Below, piece by piece: positions 49,404-59,500 of a stretch of 64,000 nucleotides of DNA. Origin of the DNA: Armatimonadota bacterium (GTDB lineage: Bacteria; Armatimonadota; UBA5829; DTLH01); contig JBDKUN010000062.1 in the NCBI GenBank assembly GCA_039679675.1, positions 1-64,000 of the forward strand, in the 5' to 3' direction. The position numbers and the translations under genes are program-made. The notes beneath the pieces are model-generated. The model saw only the letters and a list, made by a program, of their open reading frames with translations. It made no database searches and was not told where the DNA came from. Within the stretch, counting starts at the first letter, position 1. Every line of letters starts with the position of its first letter.

Positions 49404-49970
49404 TCAGCATCCGGCGTTAGAATGACGCTTCGTCCACTCTTCTTCCAGAATGGCGTAAGAATAGGAGTCCCGCCATTTGCCCGCATGCTGTCTGTCTTTG
49501 ATAAAGTGCCCTTCACGGCGCATCCCGATTTTTTCCAGCACCTTCGCTGAGCGGCTGTTTTCAGTATCGCACCATGTAGAAATGCGGTGTATTCCCATGT
49601 CCGTGAATGCTGCGCGGAGAAGTGCCTCTGCGACTTCAGTAGCATATCCGAACCCCCAGAAGTTTCGGTTCAGCACATATCCGATGGCAGCTTGATCGTG
49701 CCTTGGCAGCAGGTATAGACCGCATCCTCCGATGACCTGCCCTTCGGTTTTCAATGTGACAGCCATCTCAAACCGGCGTCTGGGAGAATCGGATTGACTT
49801 GCTATTATCTCATCCAGAAAGCGCCTGGTATCGAGTTCGGATTCCGGCGAGAACTTGTGAAACTGGAGAACATCAGGCTGAGTTGAATATTCATGAAACG
49901 CTTCCCAGTCGGCGGGTGTGAACTCCCTGATGATGAGACGGCCCGTGATTACCGGCATTGTGATAGGCAT
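49404..49970 (-). CDS. GNAT acetyltransferase (RimJ/RimL-like)
   Basis: FWGFGYATE, NSRSAKVLEKIGM. Confidence 0.9.
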   Translation of the reverse strand: MPITMPVITGRLIIREFTPADWEAFHEYSTQPDVLQFHKFSPESELDTRRFLDEIIASQSDSPRRRFEMAVTLKTEGQVIGGCGLYLLPRHDQAAIGYVLNRNFWGFGYATEVAEALLRAAFTDMGIHRISTWCDTENSRSAKVLEKIGMRREGHFIKDRQHAGKWRDSYSYAILEEEWTKRHSNAGC

Positions 49971-50070
49971 GAAAGTTATCCTTTCTGTTGGCGATAGCAG
50001 AAGAGTATTATAGCACATCAGGCAGCCGTAATCTTGCCTCATGCCCCCAACTCATACAGGGCCGAAAAGT

Positions 50071-50100
50071 TTGACTGAGTGAGGTCGGCTGGTCTATAAT
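50071..50100 (+). promoter_or_regulatory. ftsK promoter
   Basis: TTGACT-18-TATAAT. Confidence 0.65.
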
Positions 50101-50160
50101 AGTTACTTGGTATATCGCACGACATAGCCGTTAAGCGGCACCGGAAGGGCTCCGAAACTC

Positions 50161-52410
50161 TTGCGAAAAAAAACTCAGCGCAGGCGAAAATCCAAAAATT
50201 CAAATCAGTCTTTCGATATAATCGGCATTATCCTGGTGTTTTTCGGGATAGTCATGCTGATAAGTCTGATTGCGCCCGGCACAAGTGGTGTGCTCGGTTT
50301 GTGGATCAAGACCTCGCTGATGAGTCTCGCCGGGGTTGGGGCTTACATATTCCCGTTTTTATGCGCGCTCGTAGGAACGCTCTTCATCATCGGCCCGATC
50401 ACCATCTGGTCGCGGAATGCCGGAATCGGGTCTTCCATGATCTTCCTGGCATTCTTAGGTTGGAAAGGTCTTGCCGGCCTTGAAGTTGCCGGTGAAGAGT
50501 GGCAATACGGCGGCATAATCGGATGGGCCATAGCAGCGGGCGCAAAAGCATTCGCCGGATTTTTGATCGGGAAGATACTCTTCGCGCTTATCATAGTTTT
50601 AGGCGCTTATATCACCTTCGATGTTCCGCTCGCGAACATTATCGCGCGGCTGCGAGACATGTCTGCAAACGGCGCGCGGATTGCCCGTGAGCGGCTTGTA
50701 GCAACGAGTGTGCCGAAGGGCAACGGGAAAAAACCTGTCGTGAAAGCTCTGGCAGAGCAGCCGGAGGAAGAAGAGCCTGCTGAAAAACGGCGGCTCTTCC
50801 CTGTGCTTGTTCGAAAGGGTGCTCCATCAGAGGAAATTCCTGTGGTTAAGCCGGACCAGCGGAAGATTCCGGTCACTATCAGCCAGGGCGCCAAGATAAA
50901 GACTTCCGAGACTGCACCGGAACCGCCGGACTCTGAGGAAGCTGAGTTCAGGCTGCCGCCGCTTTCGCTTCTTGCCGACCCTCAACCCCCGCCTCAGCGG
51001 GTAGAGGCTGAGCTGAAGTCGAACGTCGAGGTCATCGAGCGGACGCTTGAGGAGTTCAAAGTCTCTGGCGATGTCGTAGAGATTGCACATGGCCCGACCG
51101 TCACCCGCTATGAAATCCACCTCGCGCCGGGGATCAAGGTAAACAAGATCGTAAGCCTTGCGGATAACCTCGCTATGTCGCTTGCGGCTATCGATGTGCG
51201 CGTGGAGGCTCCGATACCGGGCAAATCAGCCATCGGCGTCGAAGTCCCGAACAAGAACCCCGCTATGGTTGGTCTGCGGGAGGTCATCGACTGCGATGAG
51301 TTCCGCAATAGCGACTCCAAGCTGCTTTTTGCGCTCGGAAAGGATGTTTCCGGCGAGTGCAAGTTCGCCGATCTGACAAAAATGCCGCACATGCTGGTGG
51401 CGGGATCGACTAACTCAGGAAAGAGCGTCTGTCTGAACACATTAATAGCGAGCCTGCTTTACCGGGCGACTCCAGATGAGCTGAAGATGATCCTGATCGA
51501 CCCGAAAAGGGTGGAATTGAGCCTTTTTGACGGGATTCCGCATCTGGCATGCCCTGTTGTGCGGGACGCAAGGCAGGCAGCGGCAATTTTCAGGTCCGCA
51601 ACGAAGGAAATGGACAACCGTTACGATGTGATAGCCCGCGCCGGATGCCGGAACATACAGAGTTACAACGAAAAGCAGCCGGATGGGGAAAAGCTGCCTT
51701 ACATGGTCATAATCTGCGATGAGCTTGCCGACCTTATGATGCAGGCGGCTGCCGAGGTGGAGACATCCATCTGCCGTTTGGCCCAGCTTGCGAGGGCGGT
51801 CGGGATTCATCTCGTGCTTGCGACTCAGAGGCCATCCGTGGATGTCGTAACAGGACTGATCAAAGCTAATATTTCATCCAGGATTGCGTTTGCCGTATCT
51901 TCCCAGGTCGACAGCCGCACGATCATAGACCAGAACGGCGCGGAAAGGCTGATCGGGCGCGGCGACATGCTCTTCCTGCCGATAGATGCGCAGAAGCCGA
52001 CCCGCGTCCAGGGGTGCTACTTGAGTGAAGATGAGACTCACCGGGTGGTCGATTTTCTGAAAGCGCAGAGAAAGCCGGTCTACACCATTGAAGCGACTGA
52101 TATAACATCGAGCGGAAGCGGTGGAGGCGGCGACGACGGTGGAATGACGGACCCGATCTATGAGCAAGCTGTCAGGATGATTGTCACCACCGGCTACGCG
52201 TCGACATCTATGATCCAGCGGAAGTTCAAGATCGGCTACACACGCGCGGCGCGGCTGGTCGATTCTATGGAGCAGCAGGGAATAGTAGGCCCTCTCGACG
52301 GCTCGAAACCGCGCGAGGTGCTGGTGAACAAGGAAGAGCTGGAACGGCTCTTCGGCGGCCCTACCGGCCTGAGTGACGACGATTTTTACGAAGAAGAAGA
52401 GGAAGAGTAG
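50161..52410 (+). CDS. ftsK: DNA translocase FtsK/SpoIIIE
   Basis: N-terminal TM helices, GSTNSGKS, DELADLM, ATQRPS, gamma domain IGYTRAAR. Confidence 0.96.
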   Translation: MRKKTQRRRKSKNSNQSFDIIGIILVFFGIVMLISLIAPGTSGVLGLWIKTSLMSLAGVGAYIFPFLCALVGTLFIIGPITIWSRNAGIGSSMIFLAFLGWKGLAGLEVAGEEWQYGGIIGWAIAAGAKAFAGFLIGKILFALIIVLGAYITFDVPLANIIARLRDMSANGARIARERLVATSVPKGNGKKPVVKALAEQPEEEEPAEKRRLFPVLVRKGAPSEEIPVVKPDQRKIPVTISQGAKIKTSETAPEPPDSEEAEFRLPPLSLLADPQPPPQRVEAELKSNVEVIERTLEEFKVSGDVVEIAHGPTVTRYEIHLAPGIKVNKIVSLADNLAMSLAAIDVRVEAPIPGKSAIGVEVPNKNPAMVGLREVIDCDEFRNSDSKLLFALGKDVSGECKFADLTKMPHMLVAGSTNSGKSVCLNTLIASLLYRATPDELKMILIDPKRVELSLFDGIPHLACPVVRDARQAAAIFRSATKEMDNRYDVIARAGCRNIQSYNEKQPDGEKLPYMVIICDELADLMMQAAAEVETSICRLAQLARAVGIHLVLATQRPSVDVVTGLIKANISSRIAFAVSSQVDSRTIIDQNGAERLIGRGDMLFLPIDAQKPTRVQGCYLSEDETHRVVDFLKAQRKPVYTIEATDITSSGSGGGGDDGGMTDPIYEQAVRMIVTTGYASTSMIQRKFKIGYTRAARLVDSMEQQGIVGPLDGSKPREVLVNKEELERLFGGPTGLSDDDFYEEEEEE

Positions 52411-52416
52411 CTGACA

Positions 52417-52670
52417 TTCTGAATCGCGAAGGTCGCGAAGAAGCGCAAAAGACGCGAAAAGGGATTGGTGGAGACTCGTGCTTCGGGACGAAAAGCGTTC
52501 CCGAAGCATAGGGTAATACGCGAAGAAGCACGAAAGAGACAGCATGGGCATGGATGCCCAGGAGAATAGGGACCTTGGCATGGATCCCCGGTCCATCAGT
52601 CCAGTGGTAGATGCTGTAAATCTTCACCATTCGCGAAATCCGCTAAATCCGCGTAATTCGCGTTTCAAAA
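52417..52670. repeat. nested composite of palindromic repeats including a solo RAYT end
   Basis: Outer TTCTGAATCGCGAA/TTCGCGTTTCAAAA arms; TGCTTC hairpin at 52479-52508; RAYT-type end at 52546-52597. Confidence 0.8.
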
Positions 52671-52688
52671 TGAAACAAAGGGAATTAG

Positions 52689-54005
52689 TTGAAAGTAAGT
52701 CTAATAAGTCTGGGGTGTCCTAAAAACCTGGTCGACTCCGAAGAAATGCTCGGAGCACTGAGCAGCGCGGGTTACGAGCTGACTGCGAAGCCGGAAGAGG
52801 CGGACGCGATAATAGTCAACACCTGCGGGTTCATTGAAAGCGCAAAACAGGAGTCTATAGACGCGATACTCGGCGCGGTGCAGCTAAAATCAGGCAAGTG
52901 CAAGGCTGTAGTCGTTGCAGGATGCCTTGCGGAGCGCTACGCGGAGGAACTGGCGAAGGAAATACCCGAAGCAGATGCGTTTATCGGGGTCGGGAAGAAC
53001 GCTGATCTTCCGGCTGTAGTCAGGCGCGCTCTTCAAGGTGAAAAAGTAGTCGATTGCAGCAAGCCGGACTCAATCTGGCTGAAAAGCGGCGAAAGGGTCA
53101 GGTCTACACCGCCCTGGACTGCCTATCTCAAGATCGCAGACGGCTGCAACAACAGGTGCTCTTACTGCGCGATACCGGATATACGCGGGCCGTTTCACAG
53201 CAGGCCGCCGGAGCTTATTTTAGCTGAAGCTGAGCAGATGGCCAGTGAAGGCGTGCTAGAAGTAAACCTGATAGCGCAGGATATCACCCGCTACGGCGAT
53301 GACATAGACGGATGGAGCCTTGAGCGCCTTGCGCGGGAAATAGCAGGGATAGACGGCATCAGGTGGATAAGGCTTTTATATTGCTATCCGACCAGGATTA
53401 CGGACGGGCTGATAGAATTGGTCGCGTCGGAGCCTAAGATCTGTAAATACATGGATATTCCGCTCCAGCACGGGGACGACCGGGTGCTTAAAGCGATGAA
53501 CCGGCGCGGCAGCCGAAAAGAGTATCTCGATGTCATTCGAAAGATTCGCGAGGCATCTCCTGAGATCGCGCTCAGGACATCGTTCATAGTCGGGTTCCCC
53601 GGCGAGGGAGATGAGGAGTTCGAGAACCTGGTCTCATTTGCCGAGGAGATCGATTTCGATAGAATCGGTGCGTTCAAATACTCGCGGGAGGACGGCACAT
53701 CGGCTGCATTGATGCACGATCAGGTAAAACCATCTGTTGCGGCTAAAAGGCTCGACAGGCTGATGCGGCTGGCGGGGCGAATCTCAGCCGGACATAACAG
53801 AAAACTGCTCGGAAAAGAGATAGACGTGCTTGCGGAGTCACCGGACACCGGAAGGTGCTACCGCGACGCGCCTGAGATAGACGGAATTGTAAAGTTCACA
53901 GGAGGCCATGCCCAACCGGGCGAGATCGTCCGAGCGAAAGTAGTGGAAGCAGACGAATACGATCTGACTGTAAGTTTAGATTCTAATTGCGGGAGTTGTG
54001 GGTAG
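52689..54005 (+). CDS. rimO: ribosomal protein S12 methylthiotransferase
   Basis: SLGCPKNLVDSE, NTCGFI, CNNRCSYC, DAPEIDG. Confidence 0.96.
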   Translation: MKVSLISLGCPKNLVDSEEMLGALSSAGYELTAKPEEADAIIVNTCGFIESAKQESIDAILGAVQLKSGKCKAVVVAGCLAERYAEELAKEIPEADAFIGVGKNADLPAVVRRALQGEKVVDCSKPDSIWLKSGERVRSTPPWTAYLKIADGCNNRCSYCAIPDIRGPFHSRPPELILAEAEQMASEGVLEVNLIAQDITRYGDDIDGWSLERLAREIAGIDGIRWIRLLYCYPTRITDGLIELVASEPKICKYMDIPLQHGDDRVLKAMNRRGSRKEYLDVIRKIREASPEIALRTSFIVGFPGEGDEEFENLVSFAEEIDFDRIGAFKYSREDGTSAALMHDQVKPSVAAKRLDRLMRLAGRISAGHNRKLLGKEIDVLAESPDTGRCYRDAPEIDGIVKFTGGHAQPGEIVRAKVVEADEYDLTVSLDSNCGSCG

Positions 54006-54053
54006 ATAAATGAGTTATCCATACCCCATGACCCATTAAGGGAGGAATAACGC

Positions 54054-55895
54054 GTGAGTACAACAGCAACAAAGCTTACGATAGAAGACCCGGTCCGCAC
54101 AGCGGCGCGGGTTTATCTGGAAGACCTGGCGTATGACGCCCTGGTCGGACGGGAAGAACCGGCCAAGACCGGCGAGATGCTTAGAGAGATCGGGCTTGAG
54201 GACCTGACCCTGCGGACTATCCGGTACATACTGACGGAAAGCTCAAGGTTTGAGCCGGTTGACCGGCGATGGACGATTGCAGCAAGGATACAGGATACGA
54301 AAAAGCCGTTCGAGCGTATAATCGAGAGTTCGATTGCAGCTTACGGCAGACCTATCACGCTTTCCGCGCTCGCGAAAGAGCTTGCAATCATATTCGACCG
54401 CACTGAAGAATATTACCAAGAGATGCTGCCTCGGATGCTCGCGTCTCATGAAAAGTTCTTTATTCTCGATAACGAGCGTTACGGGTTGAACTCCTGGCTT
54501 CTCATTACAGACTCCAGCGAGCCTGATGATGTCCTGTTCGATAACTTCATGGAAGAAGAGGACGTCGCTCCGTATCGAAAAACAGCAAAAAAGGCAAAGT
54601 GGGATGCTGATGATATTCCCGGTTCAGCCGCGCAGTTCATCAATCAGTTCGGACAGCCGGTTCCGGTCAGAGTTCTGGCCTTCTTTGCCTGGCAGCAGCT
54701 TAAGGACGCCTACGATCCGCTGGGGTTTTATACCGCGCTCCTGGAATCCGACCAAATAGAGATGCTCTCGACTCAGAAAGCAATCAGTTCCAGCTTAAAG
54801 CAGGAAGTAATGAAGGCCGTCCAGGTCATAGCTTCCGAGATCGAGGAACTCCCTGCCGAAGCGGAGGAAGAAGCCGCAGAAGCCGGACCTGTCGTAATTA
54901 CGGACGCGGATAGAGACGAAATAGTCAGGCTCATCGAGAAGCAGGGCGGCACCGTCATAGCGGACGATATACTGGAAAGCGTGCTGGAGATCTCTCCGGG
55001 CGAACGCGGCTACGATGCAGCGTTCGACAGCCTCAAGGAAACGCTCGAAGGTGAAGACCGGATCGTCCGGGTCGGAGATGGCCGCTGGAGACAGGCCGGC
55101 ACTATCCCTGAATACGTATATGAAGTCCCGCCGGTGCTTGTTATTCCGCCCGCGGCGCCGTTCGAGACGCCTGAGGGTGACATCTACGATCAGGAACTGG
55201 AAGACGAAGGGCTCGATTCCGGACTCAGACAGGAGATACTCAACCCGCTTGTTCAGGATATAGGTGACGAAGATCCCGACGAGGCGGTATATCAGCCTCT
55301 GGATGTATATCAGCGCTGCGCGCTTCTGTATCACCACAAAGAGGCCGGGACAATGCCGCTTATCCAGTTGCATCCCGACTTTTTCGACAAGGAACCGGAA
55401 GTCGTGCAGATAACGCTCGTTAACGATGGAGTCAGAAGAGACGCCTGGATCAATAATAATACCCGGCTTATCTACGGACTGAAGGACTGGTACACTAGTG
55501 AGATGCCCGTATCCGGCGCAGCGTTCGAGATTCACAGGACCGAGCGCCCGGGCGAGTACCGCTTCATCTATGACAACAGGACCGATCCTCTGGTGTTCGT
55601 GCCGACAAGCAGGCTGCTTGAGCTCTTGGAGCTGAAAAACGAGGCCGATTCAACCGAGATGCCGGTATTCGATATAATCACAAGGATACTGGAGCACTAC
55701 AGGAAGGGAATCGCCTTCGTCCCGCTCTTCACCGAGGTCAACCTGGTACGGCGCGTGACCAGAAGGCTGGTCGCATCGGTTCTCAGTTCTTACCATGCGT
55801 TCCATACGCGCGGTAAGACCGGTGAATGGCAGTATGATGCCAAAAAACGGTCACAGGGATTCAACAAGACAAAAAGGAAATATATTAAAAAGTAA
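54054..55895 (+). CDS. acidic hypothetical protein with repeated wHTH-like motifs
   Basis: 613-aa ORF, GGAGG SD, core-like GC, between rimO and gltX. Confidence 0.8.
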   Translation: MSTTATKLTIEDPVRTAARVYLEDLAYDALVGREEPAKTGEMLREIGLEDLTLRTIRYILTESSRFEPVDRRWTIAARIQDTKKPFERIIESSIAAYGRPITLSALAKELAIIFDRTEEYYQEMLPRMLASHEKFFILDNERYGLNSWLLITDSSEPDDVLFDNFMEEEDVAPYRKTAKKAKWDADDIPGSAAQFINQFGQPVPVRVLAFFAWQQLKDAYDPLGFYTALLESDQIEMLSTQKAISSSLKQEVMKAVQVIASEIEELPAEAEEEAAEAGPVVITDADRDEIVRLIEKQGGTVIADDILESVLEISPGERGYDAAFDSLKETLEGEDRIVRVGDGRWRQAGTIPEYVYEVPPVLVIPPAAPFETPEGDIYDQELEDEGLDSGLRQEILNPLVQDIGDEDPDEAVYQPLDVYQRCALLYHHKEAGTMPLIQLHPDFFDKEPEVVQITLVNDGVRRDAWINNNTRLIYGLKDWYTSEMPVSGAAFEIHRTERPGEYRFIYDNRTDPLVFVPTSRLLELLELKNEADSTEMPVFDIITRILEHYRKGIAFVPLFTEVNLVRRVTRRLVASVLSSYHAFHTRGKTGEWQYDAKKRSQGFNKTKRKYIKK

Positions 55896-55937
55896 GTTAT
55901 CAGACGGTATTTGACAGCATATTCGGATAGTTTCTCA

Positions 55938-56073
55938 ATCACGAAAGCAGGTAGTGGGCTTGTATAACTTGGTGACTCATCAAGTGAGTGTAATTGCAGC
56001 CCTTTCGGTGGACAATTTCTGCCCTAACCGGCAAGGCGCCAAGTGTCATAAATCCACTACCTGTTTTCGTGAT
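55938..56073. other. 136-nt structured element (ncRNA, leader or MITE-like)
   Basis: Long terminal stem capped by three small hairpins. Confidence 0.6.
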
Positions 56074-56130
56074 AAAAAGATCTTCCGCTTAAGCTGTTAA
56101 GATCGATCTGATCGCTGAAAGCTGATAGTT

Positions 56131-57585
56131 ATGAAAGTACGTGTAAGATTCGCACCGAGCCCTACGGGCTCGCCACATATCGGCAACATAAGGACAGCCG
56201 TCTTCGATTGGCTCTTCGCCCGTCATGAAGGCGGCACTTTTGTGCTGAGGATAGAAGACACAGACCGGACGCGCCTAGTGCCCGGAGCACTTGAGGAGAT
56301 TATGCATGACCTCAAGTGGGCCGGACTGCAGTGGGACGAAGGGCCGGATATAGGAGGCCCTTACGGGCCGTATACACAGTCCGAGCGGCTGGAAAATTAC
56401 CAGAAATACGCGCAGCAGCTCATCGACCAGGGCCTCGCCTACAAGTGCTACTGCACATCCGAGCGGCTGGCCGAAATGCGCAAGCAGCAGGAGGCCGAAA
56501 AACGGCCTACGGGATATGACCGCCGCTGCCGCAACTTAAGCTCGGAAGAGCGGGCGAAGCTTGATGCCGAAGGCACGCCGTTTGTCGTCCGGTTCGCTAT
56601 GCCTGAGTCCGGCACAACGGCGTTCAAAGACCTTGTACGGGGAGAAGTGACATTCGATAACTCACTTCAGGACGACTTCGTGATGCTGAAGTCAGACGGG
56701 TTCCCGACCTATCACTTCGCAAGCGTCGTAGACGATCATTTGATGCAAATTACGCATGTGCTGAGAGGCGAAGAGTGGATATCCAGCGCGCCCAAGCACG
56801 TGCAGCTCTATAAAGCGCTCGGTTGGGAACAGCCGGTGTGGGTACACCCGCCGCTTATCCTTGGATCGGACAGAAGCAAGCTCAGTAAACGGCACGGTTC
56901 AGTGAACTTCTCTACTTATATCGAGGAAGGCTACCTGCCGGAGGCCATGATCAACTATCTGGCGCTTCTTGGTTGGTCTCCTGCCGAAGACAGGGACCTG
57001 TATGACATCGACGAACTGGCCGAGAAGTTCACGCTGGAAGGGATTATCAACCATCCGGCGATTTTCGACGCCCAGAAGCTCCTCTGGATGAACGGACAGT
57101 ACATCCGAAAGAAGAGCGTTGAAGAACTTACCAGCCTTGTGCTGCCTTATCTCAAGAAAGCCGGGCTTGCATCCGAATCTCCGAGCAATGACGAGATGGA
57201 CTACCTGAAAAAGGTGGTACTACTGATCCAGGACCGGCTGCGGCTGCTTTCGGAAGCCCCGGAGCTTGCGGAGTTCTTCCTGCTTGATGAGATCAATTAC
57301 GACCAAAAAGCACTCGACAAGTGGATCAAGAAGCCTGAGTCTCCCGCGCTTTTGAACAAAGTTGCAGACAGGTTGGAAACTCTCGATGATTGGAGCCCTG
57401 AGAAGATCGAGGCAGCCGTGCGAGAAGCCGGGACGGAAGCCGGAGCCGAAGGCGGCAAGGTGATACACCCCGTAAGGGCTGCATCGACAGGCCGGACGGT
57501 GGGGCCGGGACTCTTTGAAACATTGGAAGTGCTCGGAAAAGACCGTGTTGTCACTCGGCTGCGAAAAGCAGCAAATATGAGCTAG
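56131..57585 (+). CDS. gltX: glutamate--tRNA ligase
   Basis: RFAPSPTG, HIGN, KLSKR. Confidence 0.97.
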   Translation: MKVRVRFAPSPTGSPHIGNIRTAVFDWLFARHEGGTFVLRIEDTDRTRLVPGALEEIMHDLKWAGLQWDEGPDIGGPYGPYTQSERLENYQKYAQQLIDQGLAYKCYCTSERLAEMRKQQEAEKRPTGYDRRCRNLSSEERAKLDAEGTPFVVRFAMPESGTTAFKDLVRGEVTFDNSLQDDFVMLKSDGFPTYHFASVVDDHLMQITHVLRGEEWISSAPKHVQLYKALGWEQPVWVHPPLILGSDRSKLSKRHGSVNFSTYIEEGYLPEAMINYLALLGWSPAEDRDLYDIDELAEKFTLEGIINHPAIFDAQKLLWMNGQYIRKKSVEELTSLVLPYLKKAGLASESPSNDEMDYLKKVVLLIQDRLRLLSEAPELAEFFLLDEINYDQKALDKWIKKPESPALLNKVADRLETLDDWSPEKIEAAVREAGTEAGAEGGKVIHPVRAASTGRTVGPGLFETLEVLGKDRVVTRLRKAANMS

Positions 57586-57596
57586 AGGGACTTAAG

Positions 57597-58316
57597 TTGG
57601 AGATAATAGACGCCAATACCATGTTCGGGCCGTGTCCGAGGGTCACAGCAGACTTGTCCCTCGGACGGCTGATGAAGCAGATCAAGAGCCATGGCATATC
57701 TAAGAGCCTTACTCTCTCGACTGTTGGCATCTTTCACAGCCATAACGACGGTAACGCCGAAACTCTGCGCGAATGCCAGAACAAAGCGGAGATCTTCCCG
57801 GTCGCGACACTCGACCCAAGGGGTTATTTTGCCGGTTTCAAGCTTATACAGAACTTGATCTCCCAGGGGTTCAAGCTGTTCAGGTTCTTTCCGGGAGAAC
57901 AGGGCTGGCCGCTCGATCATAACGTGTTCGTGGACATTCTCGACGAGCTTGAGGAGACATCATTGCCGGTTATGATAAACGCCGGACGCACGGGAGACGC
58001 GACAGCTCTGGCGCATATCATTGGCGGCAGGGAACATGTGCTTATACTGGAAGGGATTGTCTTCGAGACGATGGCCGAAGCGGTCTCCGTTATGAAAAAA
58101 CACAGCAACATCTATGCGGAGACCCATTCACTCACAGTCCCAGGCGGGCTGCGGTTCCTTGCCGAGCAGGTAGGAGCGGACAGGATCGTATTTGGCTCCG
58201 ACTGTCCCAGAAGCTCTCTGGCAGGGTCCCTGAACTATGTCCGAGAGTCTGGCCTGTCCGATGAAGACGTCGCAAAGATTCTCGGCGGAAATATCAAACG
58301 GTTGCTGGGAGGCTAG
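57597..58316 (+). CDS. amidohydrolase_2-family protein
   Basis: GADRIVFGSDCP...ILGGNIKRL. Confidence 0.8.
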   Translation: MEIIDANTMFGPCPRVTADLSLGRLMKQIKSHGISKSLTLSTVGIFHSHNDGNAETLRECQNKAEIFPVATLDPRGYFAGFKLIQNLISQGFKLFRFFPGEQGWPLDHNVFVDILDELEETSLPVMINAGRTGDATALAHIIGGREHVLILEGIVFETMAEAVSVMKKHSNIYAETHSLTVPGGLRFLAEQVGADRIVFGSDCPRSSLAGSLNYVRESGLSDEDVAKILGGNIKRLLGG

Positions 58317-58318
58317 AG

Positions 58319-59062
58319 TTGGCAATTATAGACGTACGCGTGCAAATAGGGACTACTCCCACCTGGGGGACTCCGTTCACGGAAGGCCACCTCGCCAGGA
58401 TGATGGAGAGATACGGGATAGAGCGCTCCATAGTCTCATCTACCATCGCAAACTCATGCGATTTCATCCGGGGAAACGCGCTTATCAAAGATATTGCAGG
58501 CAAAGGGCCGATTTTTGGGTGCGCGGTAGCAAATACCCAGTACCGGGCTGAGTCCATAGATGATATGCGGAAATATCTGGCGCTTCCGTCGTTCGTCGCG
58601 CTTGCGATAACATCCGGGACACCCGGAAGGCATGTAACACTGGATGAATGCGATGATATTCTGAACTCCCACCGCCGGTTTGCAAAACCGGTTATGCTGG
58701 ATGTTTCCAGCAAGGAGGGAGTGCTTGCCGCAAACGAGATCGCCAAAGCTTTTCCGGGAATAAAGTTCATACTCATGTCCATGGGCGGGGCAGCATGGCG
58801 GACAGCTATAGCCATGGCGGATAATACACTTAATCTGGTGCTCGAAATATCCGGCAGCCCAAGCCCGGAGAAAATCCGGCTCGGCGTCGAGACAGTTGGC
58901 GCGCACCGGATGGTCTACGGCAGCAACCTGCCGTTTGCCGACCCCGCAGTCACCATCGGGCTCCTTGCCGACGGCGGCATCTCTGATTTGGACAAAAAAA
59001 TGATTCTCGAAGGCACTGCCAAGCGGCTTTTCGGCTGGGCACGGCAGCAGCCAGCGGCATAA
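58319..59062 (+). CDS. amidohydrolase_2-family protein (degenerate)
   Basis: GAHRMVYGSNLPF...ILEGTAKRLF. Confidence 0.78.
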   Translation: MAIIDVRVQIGTTPTWGTPFTEGHLARMMERYGIERSIVSSTIANSCDFIRGNALIKDIAGKGPIFGCAVANTQYRAESIDDMRKYLALPSFVALAITSGTPGRHVTLDECDDILNSHRRFAKPVMLDVSSKEGVLAANEIAKAFPGIKFILMSMGGAAWRTAIAMADNTLNLVLEISGSPSPEKIRLGVETVGAHRMVYGSNLPFADPAVTIGLLADGGISDLDKKMILEGTAKRLFGWARQQPAA

Positions 59063-59105
59063 GTCCTTTATTCATAAATACCAGTAATTATTGGAGGAAA
59101 TACTA

Positions 59106-59429
59106 ATGAGCGCAGCGCAGGAAGTTACCGAAGCGACATTTGAGGAGCAGGTTCTGAAATCGGACCTGCCTGTTATAGTCGATTTCTGGGCGAACTGGTG
59201 CGGACCTTGCAAGGCACTTGGACCAGCCATAGATGAAATTGCTGCCGAACTTGCAGGCAAGGTCAAAGTCTATAAAATGGATGTAGAGTCCAACCAGGAA
59301 ACCCCTCGTAAATATGGAGTTTTTAACATTCCCAATGTTATTCTCTTCAAAGGCGGGGAGGCCGTAGACCGTGTAGTAGGTCTGCACTCAAAGGACGCTA
59401 TCATCTCCCAGTTCCAACCGCACTTCTAG
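59106..59429 (+). CDS. trxA: thioredoxin
   Basis: DFWANWCGPC. Confidence 0.95.
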   Translation: MSAAQEVTEATFEEQVLKSDLPVIVDFWANWCGPCKALGPAIDEIAAELAGKVKVYKMDVESNQETPRKYGVFNIPNVILFKGGEAVDRVVGLHSKDAIISQFQPHF

Positions 59430-59451
59430 TACAGAATGGCAATAGGGTTCC

Positions 59452-59500
59452 AGGATTTAGGAGAAATGGTGTAAATATCCACCAATCATCCCTAAATCCT
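59452..59500. repeat. palindromic element ('empty' form)
   Basis: AGGATTTAGG/CCTAAATCCT enclosing TGGTG...CACCA. Confidence 0.7.

Noticed and set aside
55896..56130. T-box or true tRNA upstream of gltX
   Set aside because: No GGTGGNACC T-box, no GTTCGA T-loop, and no canonical tRNA arm lengths.
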